Translations under genes and position numbers: made by a program
Shown: piece by piece, positions 20,801 to 29,721 of the stretch
Layout of the letters: every line of letters begins with the position of its first letter
Numbering within the stretch: the first letter of the stretch is position 1
Notes under the pieces: model-generated
What the model was told of the DNA's origin: nothing
Database searches by the model: none
What the model saw: only the letters and a program-made list of their open reading frames with translations
Assembly: GCA_028279595.1 (NCBI GenBank)
Contig: JANQNK010000009.1
Location: 1-52,775, forward strand
Direction: 5' to 3'
Origin: Thermoplasmatota archaeon
Lineage (GTDB): Archaea; Thermoplasmatota; JAKEGO01
DNA length: 52,775 bases

Positions 20801-21631
20801 TCAATATTCGGGCCCATATTGGTCGTACATGTTCCGGATCATGGCGTCGTCGACATGGGTGTAGATCTGTGTCGTCGCGACAGAGCGATGTCCAAGAAGC
20901 TGCTGAATGAATCTTATGTCGCCCCCCCGCCTCAGTATCGTCGTCGCGAAGGTGTGCCTCAGCACATGGGGGGTGACGTTCTTCTGGATCCCTGCGTCCA
21001 AGGCCGCCCTCTTGACAAGCCTTTGTACCGAACGGGTGGTGATGTGGCCTCCTCCGTTCCCCTTGAACAGGTACTCCCCCGGCTTCCCCTTGACGAACTC
21101 CAGGATACCGTTCAGAAGGTTCTGTGGGAGCACTACCAGTCGGTCCCTGTCACCCTTGCCTGAGCGTACCAGTATGGTCCTGTTGGACACATCCAGGTCG
21201 GTGACCTTCAGACCGCAGAGCTCGCTCACCCGGACCCCGGTGTATGCTAGGATGGAGACGATCAATCCGTCCCGGGGATCGTTCTTCGCTGCAGCCTCGA
21301 TCAGCCTGCCGACCTCCTCCTCGGTGATGAACCGGGGCGCGGACATCGGCCTCTTTGGCCTCGAGAGACCGTCGGCGGCATCCGTGCCGATGAACTTGAA
21401 GAAAGCGACCATTGCCTCGACCGATGTGTAGAGGCTGTTCTTCGAGTAAGCCTGCTCGAGGGCGAGGTGCTGCTGATATAGAGAGGCATCGCCGGCCGAG
21501 ATGTCATGCGGGTCCTTCCCCGACCACCGGACGAGGTCGTCTATGACGAGCGTGTAGGTCTTGACGGTGTGCTCGCTCCGCTTGATCGTCCTGAGATGAA
21601 GTGCAAAATCCTCCACCGCCCCATGTCGCAT
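20801..21631 (-). CDS. xerA: Tyrosine recombinase XerA
   Basis: Catalytic set intact: TGVRVSEL (R), GKG (K), HVLRH (HxxR), LLGH, TTQIY (Y). 276 aa. Confidence 0.92.
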   Translation of the reverse strand: MRHGAVEDFALHLRTIKRSEHTVKTYTLVIDDLVRWSGKDPHDISAGDASLYQQHLALEQAYSKNSLYTSVEAMVAFFKFIGTDAADGLSRPKRPMSAPRFITEEEVGRLIEAAAKNDPRDGLIVSILAYTGVRVSELCGLKVTDLDVSNRTILVRSGKGDRDRLVVLPQNLLNGILEFVKGKPGEYLFKGNGGGHITTRSVQRLVKRAALDAGIQKNVTPHVLRHTFATTILRRGGDIRFIQQLLGHRSVATTQIYTHVDDAMIRNMYDQYGPEY

Positions 21632-21650
21632 AACAGTAGTTATGCGACTT
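21623..21650. other. dif-like Xer recombination/binding site (11-6-11)
   Basis: ATGTCGCATAA-CAGTAG-TTATGCGACTT. Arms are 10/11 inverted, with the ATAA-N6-TTAT core typical of dif sites. Confidence 0.8.
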
Positions 21651-21652
21651 TA

Positions 21653-21665
21653 CGTATAAAAATCT
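21653..21665 (-). promoter_or_regulatory. TATA box of a probably leaderless xerA transcript
   Basis: Minus-strand TTTTTATACG begins about 30 nt upstream of ATG 21631. Confidence 0.55.
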
Positions 21666-22024
21666 ATGTTTTTCGCCCAGGACTGTACGAAAATGGAAAA
21701 ATCGGAACTTCAACCCCCCCCCCTTTTTCGTCCTCAGGCGGCGTTTTTCGAGGTCGGAGGATCCGACGCATCCGAAATTTCGAAGATCGCGGTGAAAAAT
21801 CCGTGTTTTTTGCCCATTATTACGTTTTATACAATTAATAACGCTATTTGCGTTATAGTTGATAAATTGTGTATAAAATGGTTAAATCGGTGGGAAAATC
21901 GCATATTTAGTAAGAATTGTTCTCTTTCTTCATAATTGTTGCCCGCCGTGACATTGAGTGCCGTGGCAACAATTGACATGGTGAGATGACAGCGGCATGA
22001 CATGGAGTGCCATGGTAGAGAATG

Positions 22025-22684
22025 TCATGGTATCCGGCCGCGGGTCCCGCAGCTCGCGCATTCGATGAGGTCTCCGGGTCCCGCCTCCATCTCTGAGATC
22101 GCACCGCAGTTGGGACACCGGACCTTTTCGAGGATTAGAGCGTCCACCATGAACGGCTCGGCCTCGTACACCTTGGCCTCGTACTTGTCGCACTGATAGC
22201 AGTACCATCTGTCGTAGTTCTCGACGTACTTCATGATGAAACCGCAGGTCGTGCAGAAACGCATAAGCGGATCGAGGGGCATCTCCTCGGCAGCATGCTT
22301 CTCGGCACGGCTTCCGGCGATGTAGAGGATGATGCCGATGATCAGGAAGATCGCGATGGGGAAGGCGAACATGTAAACGGAGTACATCGATTCGATGACG
22401 ATGCCGTCGCCGTTCTTCTCGACGTTGATCAACACGTAATCGCCCTCGTCGGCCACGTCCTTGTTCGAGTAGAGTTGTGTGTCAGAGCCCTTGATCTCGT
22501 AATAGTAGTAGTCCTCTGCCGGATGCTCCTCCGACTCGATCCTCGCAAGGACAAGTGTCCCGTCCCCGTCGGACGCGTCGTCGTACCATGAATCGAGCTC
22601 CGACGGGTTGGTTGTCATCAGGAAATAGAACAGCAGGGGCACTATGATGGATATGAGTACCATCGCACCTCCTACCCGTTTCAT
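22025..22684 (-). CDS. Two-TM membrane protein with cytoplasmic double zinc ribbon
   Basis: TM-extracellular loop-TM, then CTTC..CYQC and CPNC..CASC. Alternative start 22717. Confidence 0.8.
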   Translation of the reverse strand: MKRVGGAMVLISIIVPLLFYFLMTTNPSELDSWYDDASDGDGTLVLARIESEEHPAEDYYYYEIKGSDTQLYSNKDVADEGDYVLINVEKNGDGIVIESMYSVYMFAFPIAIFLIIGIILYIAGSRAEKHAAEEMPLDPLMRFCTTCGFIMKYVENYDRWYCYQCDKYEAKVYEAEPFMVDALILEKVRCPNCGAISEMEAGPGDLIECASCGTRGRIP

Positions 22685-22933
22685 CCGGGTTCCCCTCTTG
22701 CGAGCCGTCGTAAGCATGGCTAACCTCGCAGGTTAGATGCTATATCGTGGAGAATATTTAGTGTTTTCTCGCCTTCGGAGGTGCCGGATTGAGGTCATTT
22801 GCGGATGTTGATTTATTATATTCAATAATAACGATATTAGCATTATTAATTAAAGAATTAGCGGATTATTACGAGGGAGCGGCTGATCGCGTTTCATGAG
22901 ACCACGGCCGGGTCGACGGATGGACGCGAGGAC

Positions 22934-24052
22934 ATGGTCACCATGGAAAGTAAGAAATATCGTAGCGGACATGTGGCATCGATGACGGGACTGTGGGACC
23001 TCAACGTCGAGACAGCGAGGAAACGCCAGACCTGGTGGTGGTGGTTTTGGCTCTTCTTCATCGACGGCGGGAAGGACCCGCGCCAGATGATGGTACTATG
23101 GTCCACCAAGAACTGCAAGAGGATCCGGGTGGACGACATGTGGTGGACCCGGGAGAAGGGGATCGTGAAACGGAAGGACGGACTGGACTTCGATGGCATG
23201 GCCGCGTCCTGGTTCTTCGATGGCAAGAGGATGTACGACCCCAACACGCTGGTCAGGAACGACTTCAGGACCGAGACGGACGGTAGGAACGGATCTCTCG
23301 TCCCGCAGATAGAGGACGGTCACGATCACCTCTTCACTCATATCGACGGAAAATACAGGGTGAGGGTCGCCAAGAAGGGTTACGCCCTCGATGCTACAAT
23401 GACCCCGGACGGGCCGTTGGGCGACCACGATTACCGCGACAATGTCGGGAAGGGTAAGTACGGATTCGACATCCTGAGGATGAAACGGCTGCCGTTCACC
23501 GGGTCCCTGGAACACAAGGGAAAGATGGAAGACATCACCGGCACCGCATACTTCCAGAAGGTGATGGTGAACGCTCCAGCGCCACCGTGGTTCTGGGGTG
23601 CCGTGCACATCAAGGACGGGTCGTACCTGCAATACTTCATGCCCCACGTCGGTCTACCGATGTTCCGGAGGTTCCTGACGGAACGTAGCATCTTCAACCG
23701 GGGCCTTCACCCTGCCGTGAAGAACATAGAGTACTACCATGCGGCCAATGGAAAGAGCTACAAGATCAAGAACCTGAAGGTCAAGCGGAGGATCGTCGAT
23801 GGACATCCGGAGTTCACGGTCTCGGCGAATGACGGGGACGTGGAAATGGACTTCGTTCTAAGGACATACGCTCGGGCCTGCTGGCGGTTCAGACAGCCCC
23901 TCCTCGGCCCACTGGCCACCGTCCTCTACTACAACGAATATCCGTCCCACCTGATAGATTACAACTTCAGGGACGGTGACGAAAGATGGACGTTCGACGA
24001 CGTCGGCGGGGGCGTGGGGAACGTCGAACACAGCTGGGGACTGCTGTTCTGA
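22934..24052 (+). CDS. Hypothetical protein, possibly tocopherol-cyclase/CrtC(AttH)-like beta-barrel
   Basis: Aromatic TWWWWFWLFF, GTAYFQK, PPWFWG, GNVEHSWG pattern. Fold assignment is inference. Confidence 0.75.
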   Translation: MVTMESKKYRSGHVASMTGLWDLNVETARKRQTWWWWFWLFFIDGGKDPRQMMVLWSTKNCKRIRVDDMWWTREKGIVKRKDGLDFDGMAASWFFDGKRMYDPNTLVRNDFRTETDGRNGSLVPQIEDGHDHLFTHIDGKYRVRVAKKGYALDATMTPDGPLGDHDYRDNVGKGKYGFDILRMKRLPFTGSLEHKGKMEDITGTAYFQKVMVNAPAPPWFWGAVHIKDGSYLQYFMPHVGLPMFRRFLTERSIFNRGLHPAVKNIEYYHAANGKSYKIKNLKVKRRIVDGHPEFTVSANDGDVEMDFVLRTYARACWRFRQPLLGPLATVLYYNEYPSHLIDYNFRDGDERWTFDDVGGGVGNVEHSWGLLF

Positions 24053-24137
24053 ACGACGATCAGCGACATCGGGATCCCATGACGAAATCCGTCCCTTCGA
24101 TGTGAAGGTTTATATCGGATTTGGTAATAGTAGAGCC

Positions 24138-25163
24138 GTGAAATCCATTGCCAAGAGCATCAAGGAATTCGACAGTCTGGGAATGCTTGAGGCCGCGTTC
24201 GCACTCCCTAACCAGATAGAGACCGCTTTGAAGTTGAAGGCCGATATCGACGAGCTGGACATCGACAACATCGTAGTGGCCGGCATGGGAGGTTCGGCGA
24301 TCGGGGGCGACATCGTAAAGACGTGCATCGAGGACGTCTCGGACGTCCCGATGGAGACACGCAGGGGTTACGATCTGCCCAACTACGTGAACGAGAGGAC
24401 CCTCCTCATCCCCGTCAGTTATTCTGGAAATACAAGGGAGACCCTCACTCTGACAGAGGCGGGACTGAATGTCGGGGCCCAGGTCATCGGCGTATCCACG
24501 GGCGGACGTCTAGGTGACGTCCTGGACCGGAAGGGTAAACCCTGGATCAGGATACCGAAGGCCCCGATGCCGAGGGCCGCTCCGGGATACCTGACCATAC
24601 CTATCTTCAACATCCTCGAGGCCGGCGGGATCGCTTCGTTCTCGTCGGAACTCGCGACAGTGGCGAAGGACCTCAGGGAGATAGCTCCGAGGTACAGGCC
24701 AGGCACCGCGAACAACACACCGATGGAGATCGCCGCATCCCTCGCCGGAAGGGTTCCGTTGGTGTATGCACCCGGAGCCTACGAGCCTGCCGCAAAGAGG
24801 TGGATGACGCAGTTCAACGAGAACTCCAAGACCATCGCCCACTGGGGGATGATGCCGGAGATCGCCCACAACGAGATCGTCGGATGCGACGGAGGACTGA
24901 GGGGCGCCGAGCACATCATCATACTGCGCGGAGACGCGGAGGGCGAGACGACCATCCTCATCGAATACCTGAAGGAGACGCTCACCGGAAAGGCGGGCGG
25001 ATGGACCGAGGTGAACGCCGATCCCATCAAGGGGAGGTTCGGCCTGTTCCACCACTTGATGGTAGGCGACATAGCGAGCATCTACCTGGCTCTGATGAGA
25101 CAGATGGACCCCGCGGAGATCGACGCGATCATCGAACTGAAGAAACGCTACGAAGAGGGGTGA
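24138..25163 (+). CDS. Bifunctional phosphoglucose/phosphomannose isomerase
   Basis: GMGGSAIGG, SYSGNTRET, STGG, QFNENSK, PEIAHNEI. GTG 24138 lies about 25 nt after a TTTATAT box. Confidence 0.92.
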   Translation: MKSIAKSIKEFDSLGMLEAAFALPNQIETALKLKADIDELDIDNIVVAGMGGSAIGGDIVKTCIEDVSDVPMETRRGYDLPNYVNERTLLIPVSYSGNTRETLTLTEAGLNVGAQVIGVSTGGRLGDVLDRKGKPWIRIPKAPMPRAAPGYLTIPIFNILEAGGIASFSSELATVAKDLREIAPRYRPGTANNTPMEIAASLAGRVPLVYAPGAYEPAAKRWMTQFNENSKTIAHWGMMPEIAHNEIVGCDGGLRGAEHIIILRGDAEGETTILIEYLKETLTGKAGGWTEVNADPIKGRFGLFHHLMVGDIASIYLALMRQMDPAEIDAIIELKKRYEEG

Positions 25164-25167
25164 GGAG

Positions 25168-25983
25168 ACGGGCCAGATCATCGACGGTAAGGCGATCGGA
25201 CGCGAGATCGAGGAGGGTCTTTCCGATCTTGTCAGCGATCTCCCCGAACCACCAGTCCTGGGAATTCTCAGACCCGGATGCAGCGAGGGTACACGGATAT
25301 ACCTCAGACAGATCTCCGGAGCGGCCAAAAGGATCGGAGCAGAGGTGAAGGAATACGATCCGGAACCGGAGACGGACGCGGTCATGGAAACGCTCGATAT
25401 CGCTGTCAGGGAGACGTCCGGCATCCTCGTGGGACACCCGCTTCCAGAGGGATTGGACTTCCATAGAATCATCGAGGCGATACCACCAGAGCGGGACATC
25501 GAGGGATTGAACCCTGCGAACCTCGGCCTGATCATCTCCGGTGAGACAATGGTACTGCCGCCGACACCGGCCGCAGTCATGGAGATCGTGTCCAGGACGG
25601 AGACGGAGCTCAAGGGCTCCGAGGTCGTCATCGTGAACCATTCTCCGATCCTCGGGAGACCGCTGGCGGTGATGATGCTCCGTGAGGATGCGACGGTCAC
25701 TGTTTGCCATGTCTTCACCGGCGACCTTTCCGATCATACGAGAAGGGCAGACGTGCTGGTGGTCGGGGCTGGAGTGCCCGGTCTGATCACTCAGAAACAC
25801 GTCAAGCCAGGCGCCGTCGTGGTCGACGTGGGAATGAACCGGGTCGATGGCAGGGTCTGCGGCGACGTGGACGCTGAAGGTGTGCTCGAGGTGGCTGGAG
25901 CGGTAACTCCCGTTCCCGGTGGGGTCGGCCCCGTGACGGTGGCCATGCTCATGAGGAACCTGGTCGACCTCGCGACCAGATGA
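25168..25983 (+). CDS. folD: Divergent FolD (methylene-THF dehydrogenase/cyclohydrolase family); no canonical start codon
   Basis: In-frame GQIIDGKAIG from 25171, PERDIEG, ATVTVCH, VVDVGMN, TPVPGGVGPVTVAML. Only ACG (25168) follows the SD. Confidence 0.8.
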   Translation, partial: TGQIIDGKAIGREIEEGLSDLVSDLPEPPVLGILRPGCSEGTRIYLRQISGAAKRIGAEVKEYDPEPETDAVMETLDIAVRETSGILVGHPLPEGLDFHRIIEAIPPERDIEGLNPANLGLIISGETMVLPPTPAAVMEIVSRTETELKGSEVVIVNHSPILGRPLAVMMLREDATVTVCHVFTGDLSDHTRRADVLVVGAGVPGLITQKHVKPGAVVVDVGMNRVDGRVCGDVDAEGVLEVAGAVTPVPGGVGPVTVAMLMRNLVDLATR

Positions 25984-26071
25984 TCATAGACCCATGGATA
26001 CGTTCTGACATCCATCATACCAAAGGATTATATTCAGGCCGGACCTTCACGGCCCGTAAGTGGTGGCGAAC

Positions 26072-26590
26072 ATGGAGAAGTACAGGGTTCAGAGGATCTC
26101 CGGCGGAAGCATGGACGAGCTCGAGACCAACCTGAGGACATTCCTCAACGGACTCTCGGAAGAGGAGGAGTGCATATCCCTCAGCATGGGCCTCAAGGAA
26201 GCCCTGATCGTGACTGGAAAGGTAAGTAAACCCGTCACCAATCCCCCGCTGATGCCACTGCCCGTACCGCAGCCAGCGCCGACACCGCCGCCGGTCATTG
26301 ATGTTCCAGCTCCGGAACCACAGCCGACACCGGCACCGCAGCCGGTCCAGAAGGCTCCAGCGGCACAGGTCCCGAAGACGGTACAGTTCATACCGAAGGT
26401 GGACAAGACAGAGGAGGTGGAGGAGGTCGTCGACGTCGAGCCGGACACGGCACCGGCAGAGGACGGACCCCAGAGACCTGACCTCATCTTCAGAAAATGC
26501 TCGTTCTGCAACAACCAGCTGATCGTCCCGCACGTCCCGATATCGGTGATGTGCCCCCACTGCAAGTCGACGGTATCAATTGACGAATGA
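26072..26590 (+). CDS. Hypothetical protein with Pro-rich linker and C-terminal zinc ribbon
   Basis: PQPAPTP-rich middle; CSFC...CPHC. Confidence 0.75.
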   Translation: MEKYRVQRISGGSMDELETNLRTFLNGLSEEEECISLSMGLKEALIVTGKVSKPVTNPPLMPLPVPQPAPTPPPVIDVPAPEPQPTPAPQPVQKAPAAQVPKTVQFIPKVDKTEEVEEVVDVEPDTAPAEDGPQRPDLIFRKCSFCNNQLIVPHVPISVMCPHCKSTVSIDE

Positions 26591-26690
26591 GGACTGGATC
26601 CCAGCACCCAATCGTCTCGATCTCCTGTCAATTCTCCAGTTTCATGACACCGGGCGTCATCGATATATATCCCCCGAGCGATAGCGCCGC

Positions 26691-28994
26691 GTGTACGTAG
26701 AGCACCCGTTGATCACAGAGGACTCCATCGAGGTGAGGGACTACCAGGTCAACCTAGCGAACATGGCGAAGAACGAGTCGACCCTGGTTGTCCTGCCGAC
26801 GGGGATGGGCAAGACCATCGTTGCATTGATGCTCATCGCCGAACGTGTGGACAGTGGGAAGGTCCTCTTCACGGCACCCACGAAACCGCTCGTCGAACAA
26901 CACCACAGGTTCATGAAGGAACACCTGAGGACCGAGGAGCAGACGATGTTCACCGGCGAGACCTCGCCCAAGAAGAGGGCCGTGCTCTGGAACGAGTCCC
27001 GGGTCGTCATCGCCACACCGCAGGTGATCGAGAACGACCTACTCAACGGCAGGATCTCCATGAAGGACGTCTCCCTGGTGGTATTCGACGAGGCACACAG
27101 GGCGGTGGGCAACTACGCATACGTCTACATTGCCGACCGGTTCCTCGGGGAGTCGCCCAACGGCATCACCCTGGGAATGACCGCATCGCCAGGCAATCGT
27201 ATGAACAAGATACTCACGGTCTGCCAGAATCTCGGGATCACGTGGATCGAGGCCCGCACCGAGGAGGACCCTGACGTCAGCCCCTACGTTCACAAGATCA
27301 AGATCCAGTGGGTCAAGGTCCCCGTCCCGGCGAGAATCAAGAAGATATCCGCTGTCATCGGCGAGATCTACGAGGAGCAGCTCGAAAAGCTTCGAAGCTA
27401 CGGGTTGCTCCCCAAGAACAGGAAGCCCAACGTCAGGCAGCTCCTCGACGTGCAGAAGACCATCAGGAAGAGGATGGCAACCGGGAACAGCTCCTCGCTC
27501 TACCATGCCGCGACGGTCCAGGCGATGGCCATCAAGACGAACCACGCGATGGACCTTGCGGAGACCCAGGGACAGGACGCATTGCGCAACTACCTCGACA
27601 AGCTGGAGACAGAGGCGGGATCCAGAGGCTCGTCCAAGGCCACCAGGATGTTGGTCGCACATCCCCTGTTCGCCGAGGTGGTGGCTCTCAGCCAGGTGGA
27701 TATAAACCATCCGAAGATGGACGCAATGGAGAGGATCGTCCGCAACCAGCTGCAGGCGGACCCGGAGAGCAGGATAATAGCATTCACCCACTATCGCGAC
27801 ACCGCCGAACTCGTCACGGAACGATTGAACGGGACCGAGGAGGTCAAGGCGGTCCGCTTCGTCGGGCAGGCGAGCCGGGGCGAGGACCGCGGACTGAGCC
27901 AGAAGCGTCAGGGGGAGATCATCGAGGCCTTCAAGAAGGGGGTGTACAACGTCCTCGTCGCAACCAGCGTCGCAGAAGAGGGGCTCGACATCCCCTCGAC
28001 CGACCTCGTGGTCTTCTACGAGCCGGTTCCCTCCGAGATCCGCACCATACAGAGGCGGGGGAGGACAGGCCGGCGACGTCTGGGAAGGGTCGTCATCCTC
28101 ATATCCGGAGGGACCCGGGACGAGGCCTACTACTGGTCCTCCAACCGGAAGGAGAGGAAGATGATAGAGGAGCTCGACAGGATTCGCAAGAAGCTGAGCG
28201 GTACAAGCCGAAGGGCCCCGAGGGTCGATCCCGGTCAGACCACCTTCGGCGGAGAGGACGCCCTGAAACGGGAGGCGAGCGTGGACGACATGATGGATGA
28301 GAACGGTGAGGAGGTCCCCGAGGACCCCGAATCGCAATCGACGCTGGACACGTACGTCGTTGACGTCAGGATGATCGCGGACATGCAGGAGTTCAGGTCG
28401 GCGGTCGTGAAGGCCGTGTCCCGGAGGGGGATACTGGTCGAGGGAAAGAAGCTCGAGGTCGGCGACTACATCATCTCCTCCCGGGTGGCCGTCGAGAGGA
28501 AGACCCCGGAGGACCTCGCCGCCTCGGTCCAGGACGGGCGCCTCTTCGCGCAGCTGAAGGCACTCAAGAACGCATATCCGAATCCCCTGCTGGTGATAGA
28601 GGGGCCGATCTTCTCGGAGAGGATGGACGACAGGGCCCTCATGGGCGCCATCGCATCCGTTATGATCGGGTTCAGGATCCCCGTCATAAATACTCCCGGA
28701 CCGGAGGAGACTGCCCGGCTGCTCGCCTCACTGGCTCGCCGGGAGGCGCGGGAGAAGCGACCGCCGACGGTCAGGCACGACACCTCCCCGAAGGACGGGG
28801 AGGACATGAAGCAGTACATTGTCGAGGGGCTTCCCAGCGTATCGGGAACCCTCGCAAGGCGGCTCCTGGACGAGTTCGGTTCGGTGAAGAACGTCATGAA
28901 CGCGGAGGAGGACGACCTGAAGAGGGTCAAGGGCCTTGGGAAGGTCAAGGCCGCCGAGATTGTCGAGATCATTGAAGGAGAGTGGAAGGGATGA
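26691..28994 (+). CDS. hef: Hef: FANCM-like SF2 helicase fused to XPF/ERCC4 nuclease and HhH
   Basis: PTGMGKT, DEAH, TAS, ATSVAEEGLD, QRRGRTGR; GDY...VERK..D; HhH VKGLG. Confidence 0.95.
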   Translation: MYVEHPLITEDSIEVRDYQVNLANMAKNESTLVVLPTGMGKTIVALMLIAERVDSGKVLFTAPTKPLVEQHHRFMKEHLRTEEQTMFTGETSPKKRAVLWNESRVVIATPQVIENDLLNGRISMKDVSLVVFDEAHRAVGNYAYVYIADRFLGESPNGITLGMTASPGNRMNKILTVCQNLGITWIEARTEEDPDVSPYVHKIKIQWVKVPVPARIKKISAVIGEIYEEQLEKLRSYGLLPKNRKPNVRQLLDVQKTIRKRMATGNSSSLYHAATVQAMAIKTNHAMDLAETQGQDALRNYLDKLETEAGSRGSSKATRMLVAHPLFAEVVALSQVDINHPKMDAMERIVRNQLQADPESRIIAFTHYRDTAELVTERLNGTEEVKAVRFVGQASRGEDRGLSQKRQGEIIEAFKKGVYNVLVATSVAEEGLDIPSTDLVVFYEPVPSEIRTIQRRGRTGRRRLGRVVILISGGTRDEAYYWSSNRKERKMIEELDRIRKKLSGTSRRAPRVDPGQTTFGGEDALKREASVDDMMDENGEEVPEDPESQSTLDTYVVDVRMIADMQEFRSAVVKAVSRRGILVEGKKLEVGDYIISSRVAVERKTPEDLAASVQDGRLFAQLKALKNAYPNPLLVIEGPIFSERMDDRALMGAIASVMIGFRIPVINTPGPEETARLLASLARREAREKRPPTVRHDTSPKDGEDMKQYIVEGLPSVSGTLARRLLDEFGSVKNVMNAEEDDLKRVKGLGKVKAAEIVEIIEGEWKG

Positions 28995-29719
28995 CGACCG
29001 CAATAGTCACCGGGTCTACGAGAGGTATAGGAAGGGCGATCGCATTGGAGTTGGCGAGACACGGGATCGACATCGTTGTCAACGGAAGGGTCCGTGACGA
29101 CGAGGCCGAGGTGACGGTCGATTCCATACGCGATCTCGGATCCGAGGCCGTCGTCGCCATGGGCGATGTTTCCGACCCTGCGGTCGCGGAGCTCCTGGCC
29201 CATGCCGCCAACGACGCATTCGGCTGTATCGACATCCTGATAAACAACGCTGGGGTTTACGACCGTCAGGTCGTCGATGATATGTCCATCGATGACTGGA
29301 AAAGGTCCATCGAGGTCAACCTCTCCAGCGCGTACTACCTGACCAAGGCGTGTCTGCCGTCCCTTCGCAGGGCGGAGTGGGGACGCATCGTCAACATCTC
29401 CTCAGTCCTCGCGTTCATGGGATCGCACCGTGGCTCTCATTATGCTGCAGCGAAGGCAGGGATGATCGGGCTCACGAAATCCCTTGCAAAGGAGCTTGGA
29501 CCCGGCATCACGGTCAACGCGGTGTGCCCAGGGATGACACTGACGGACATCATGATGGTCTACACGGAGGAGGAGAGGGCTGCGAGGGCGGAGACCCTGC
29601 CCATGAAACGGATCGGAGAACCAGAGGACGTCGCGAAGGCAGTTGCCTTCCTCGTGACGGAGGCAAGGTACACCACGGGATCGGTGATAGACGTCAACGG
29701 CGGACAGTACATGCGCTGA
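28991..29719 (+). CDS. Short-chain dehydrogenase/reductase (FabG-like)
   Basis: TGSTRGIG, NNAG, YAAAK, VNAVCPG. ATGA overlap with the hef stop. Confidence 0.92.
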   Translation: MTTAIVTGSTRGIGRAIALELARHGIDIVVNGRVRDDEAEVTVDSIRDLGSEAVVAMGDVSDPAVAELLAHAANDAFGCIDILINNAGVYDRQVVDDMSIDDWKRSIEVNLSSAYYLTKACLPSLRRAEWGRIVNISSVLAFMGSHRGSHYAAAKAGMIGLTKSLAKELGPGITVNAVCPGMTLTDIMMVYTEEERAARAETLPMKRIGEPEDVAKAVAFLVTEARYTTGSVIDVNGGQYMR

Positions 29720-29721
29720 CC

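Noticed and set aside
20533-20910. 125-aa plus-strand ORF (and 21666..21935)
   Set aside because: AT-rich low-complexity translations with non-host codon usage; the first overlaps xerA antisense.
20801-21631. Proviral or integrative-element integrase
   Set aside because: Size and motifs fit chromosomal XerA. No viral or plasmid genes or att direct repeats were seen.
21690-21730. Replication origin ORB next to the C9/G9 run
   Set aside because: No convincing TTCCAxTGGAAA core, no repeated boxes and no orc1/cdc6 gene in the window.
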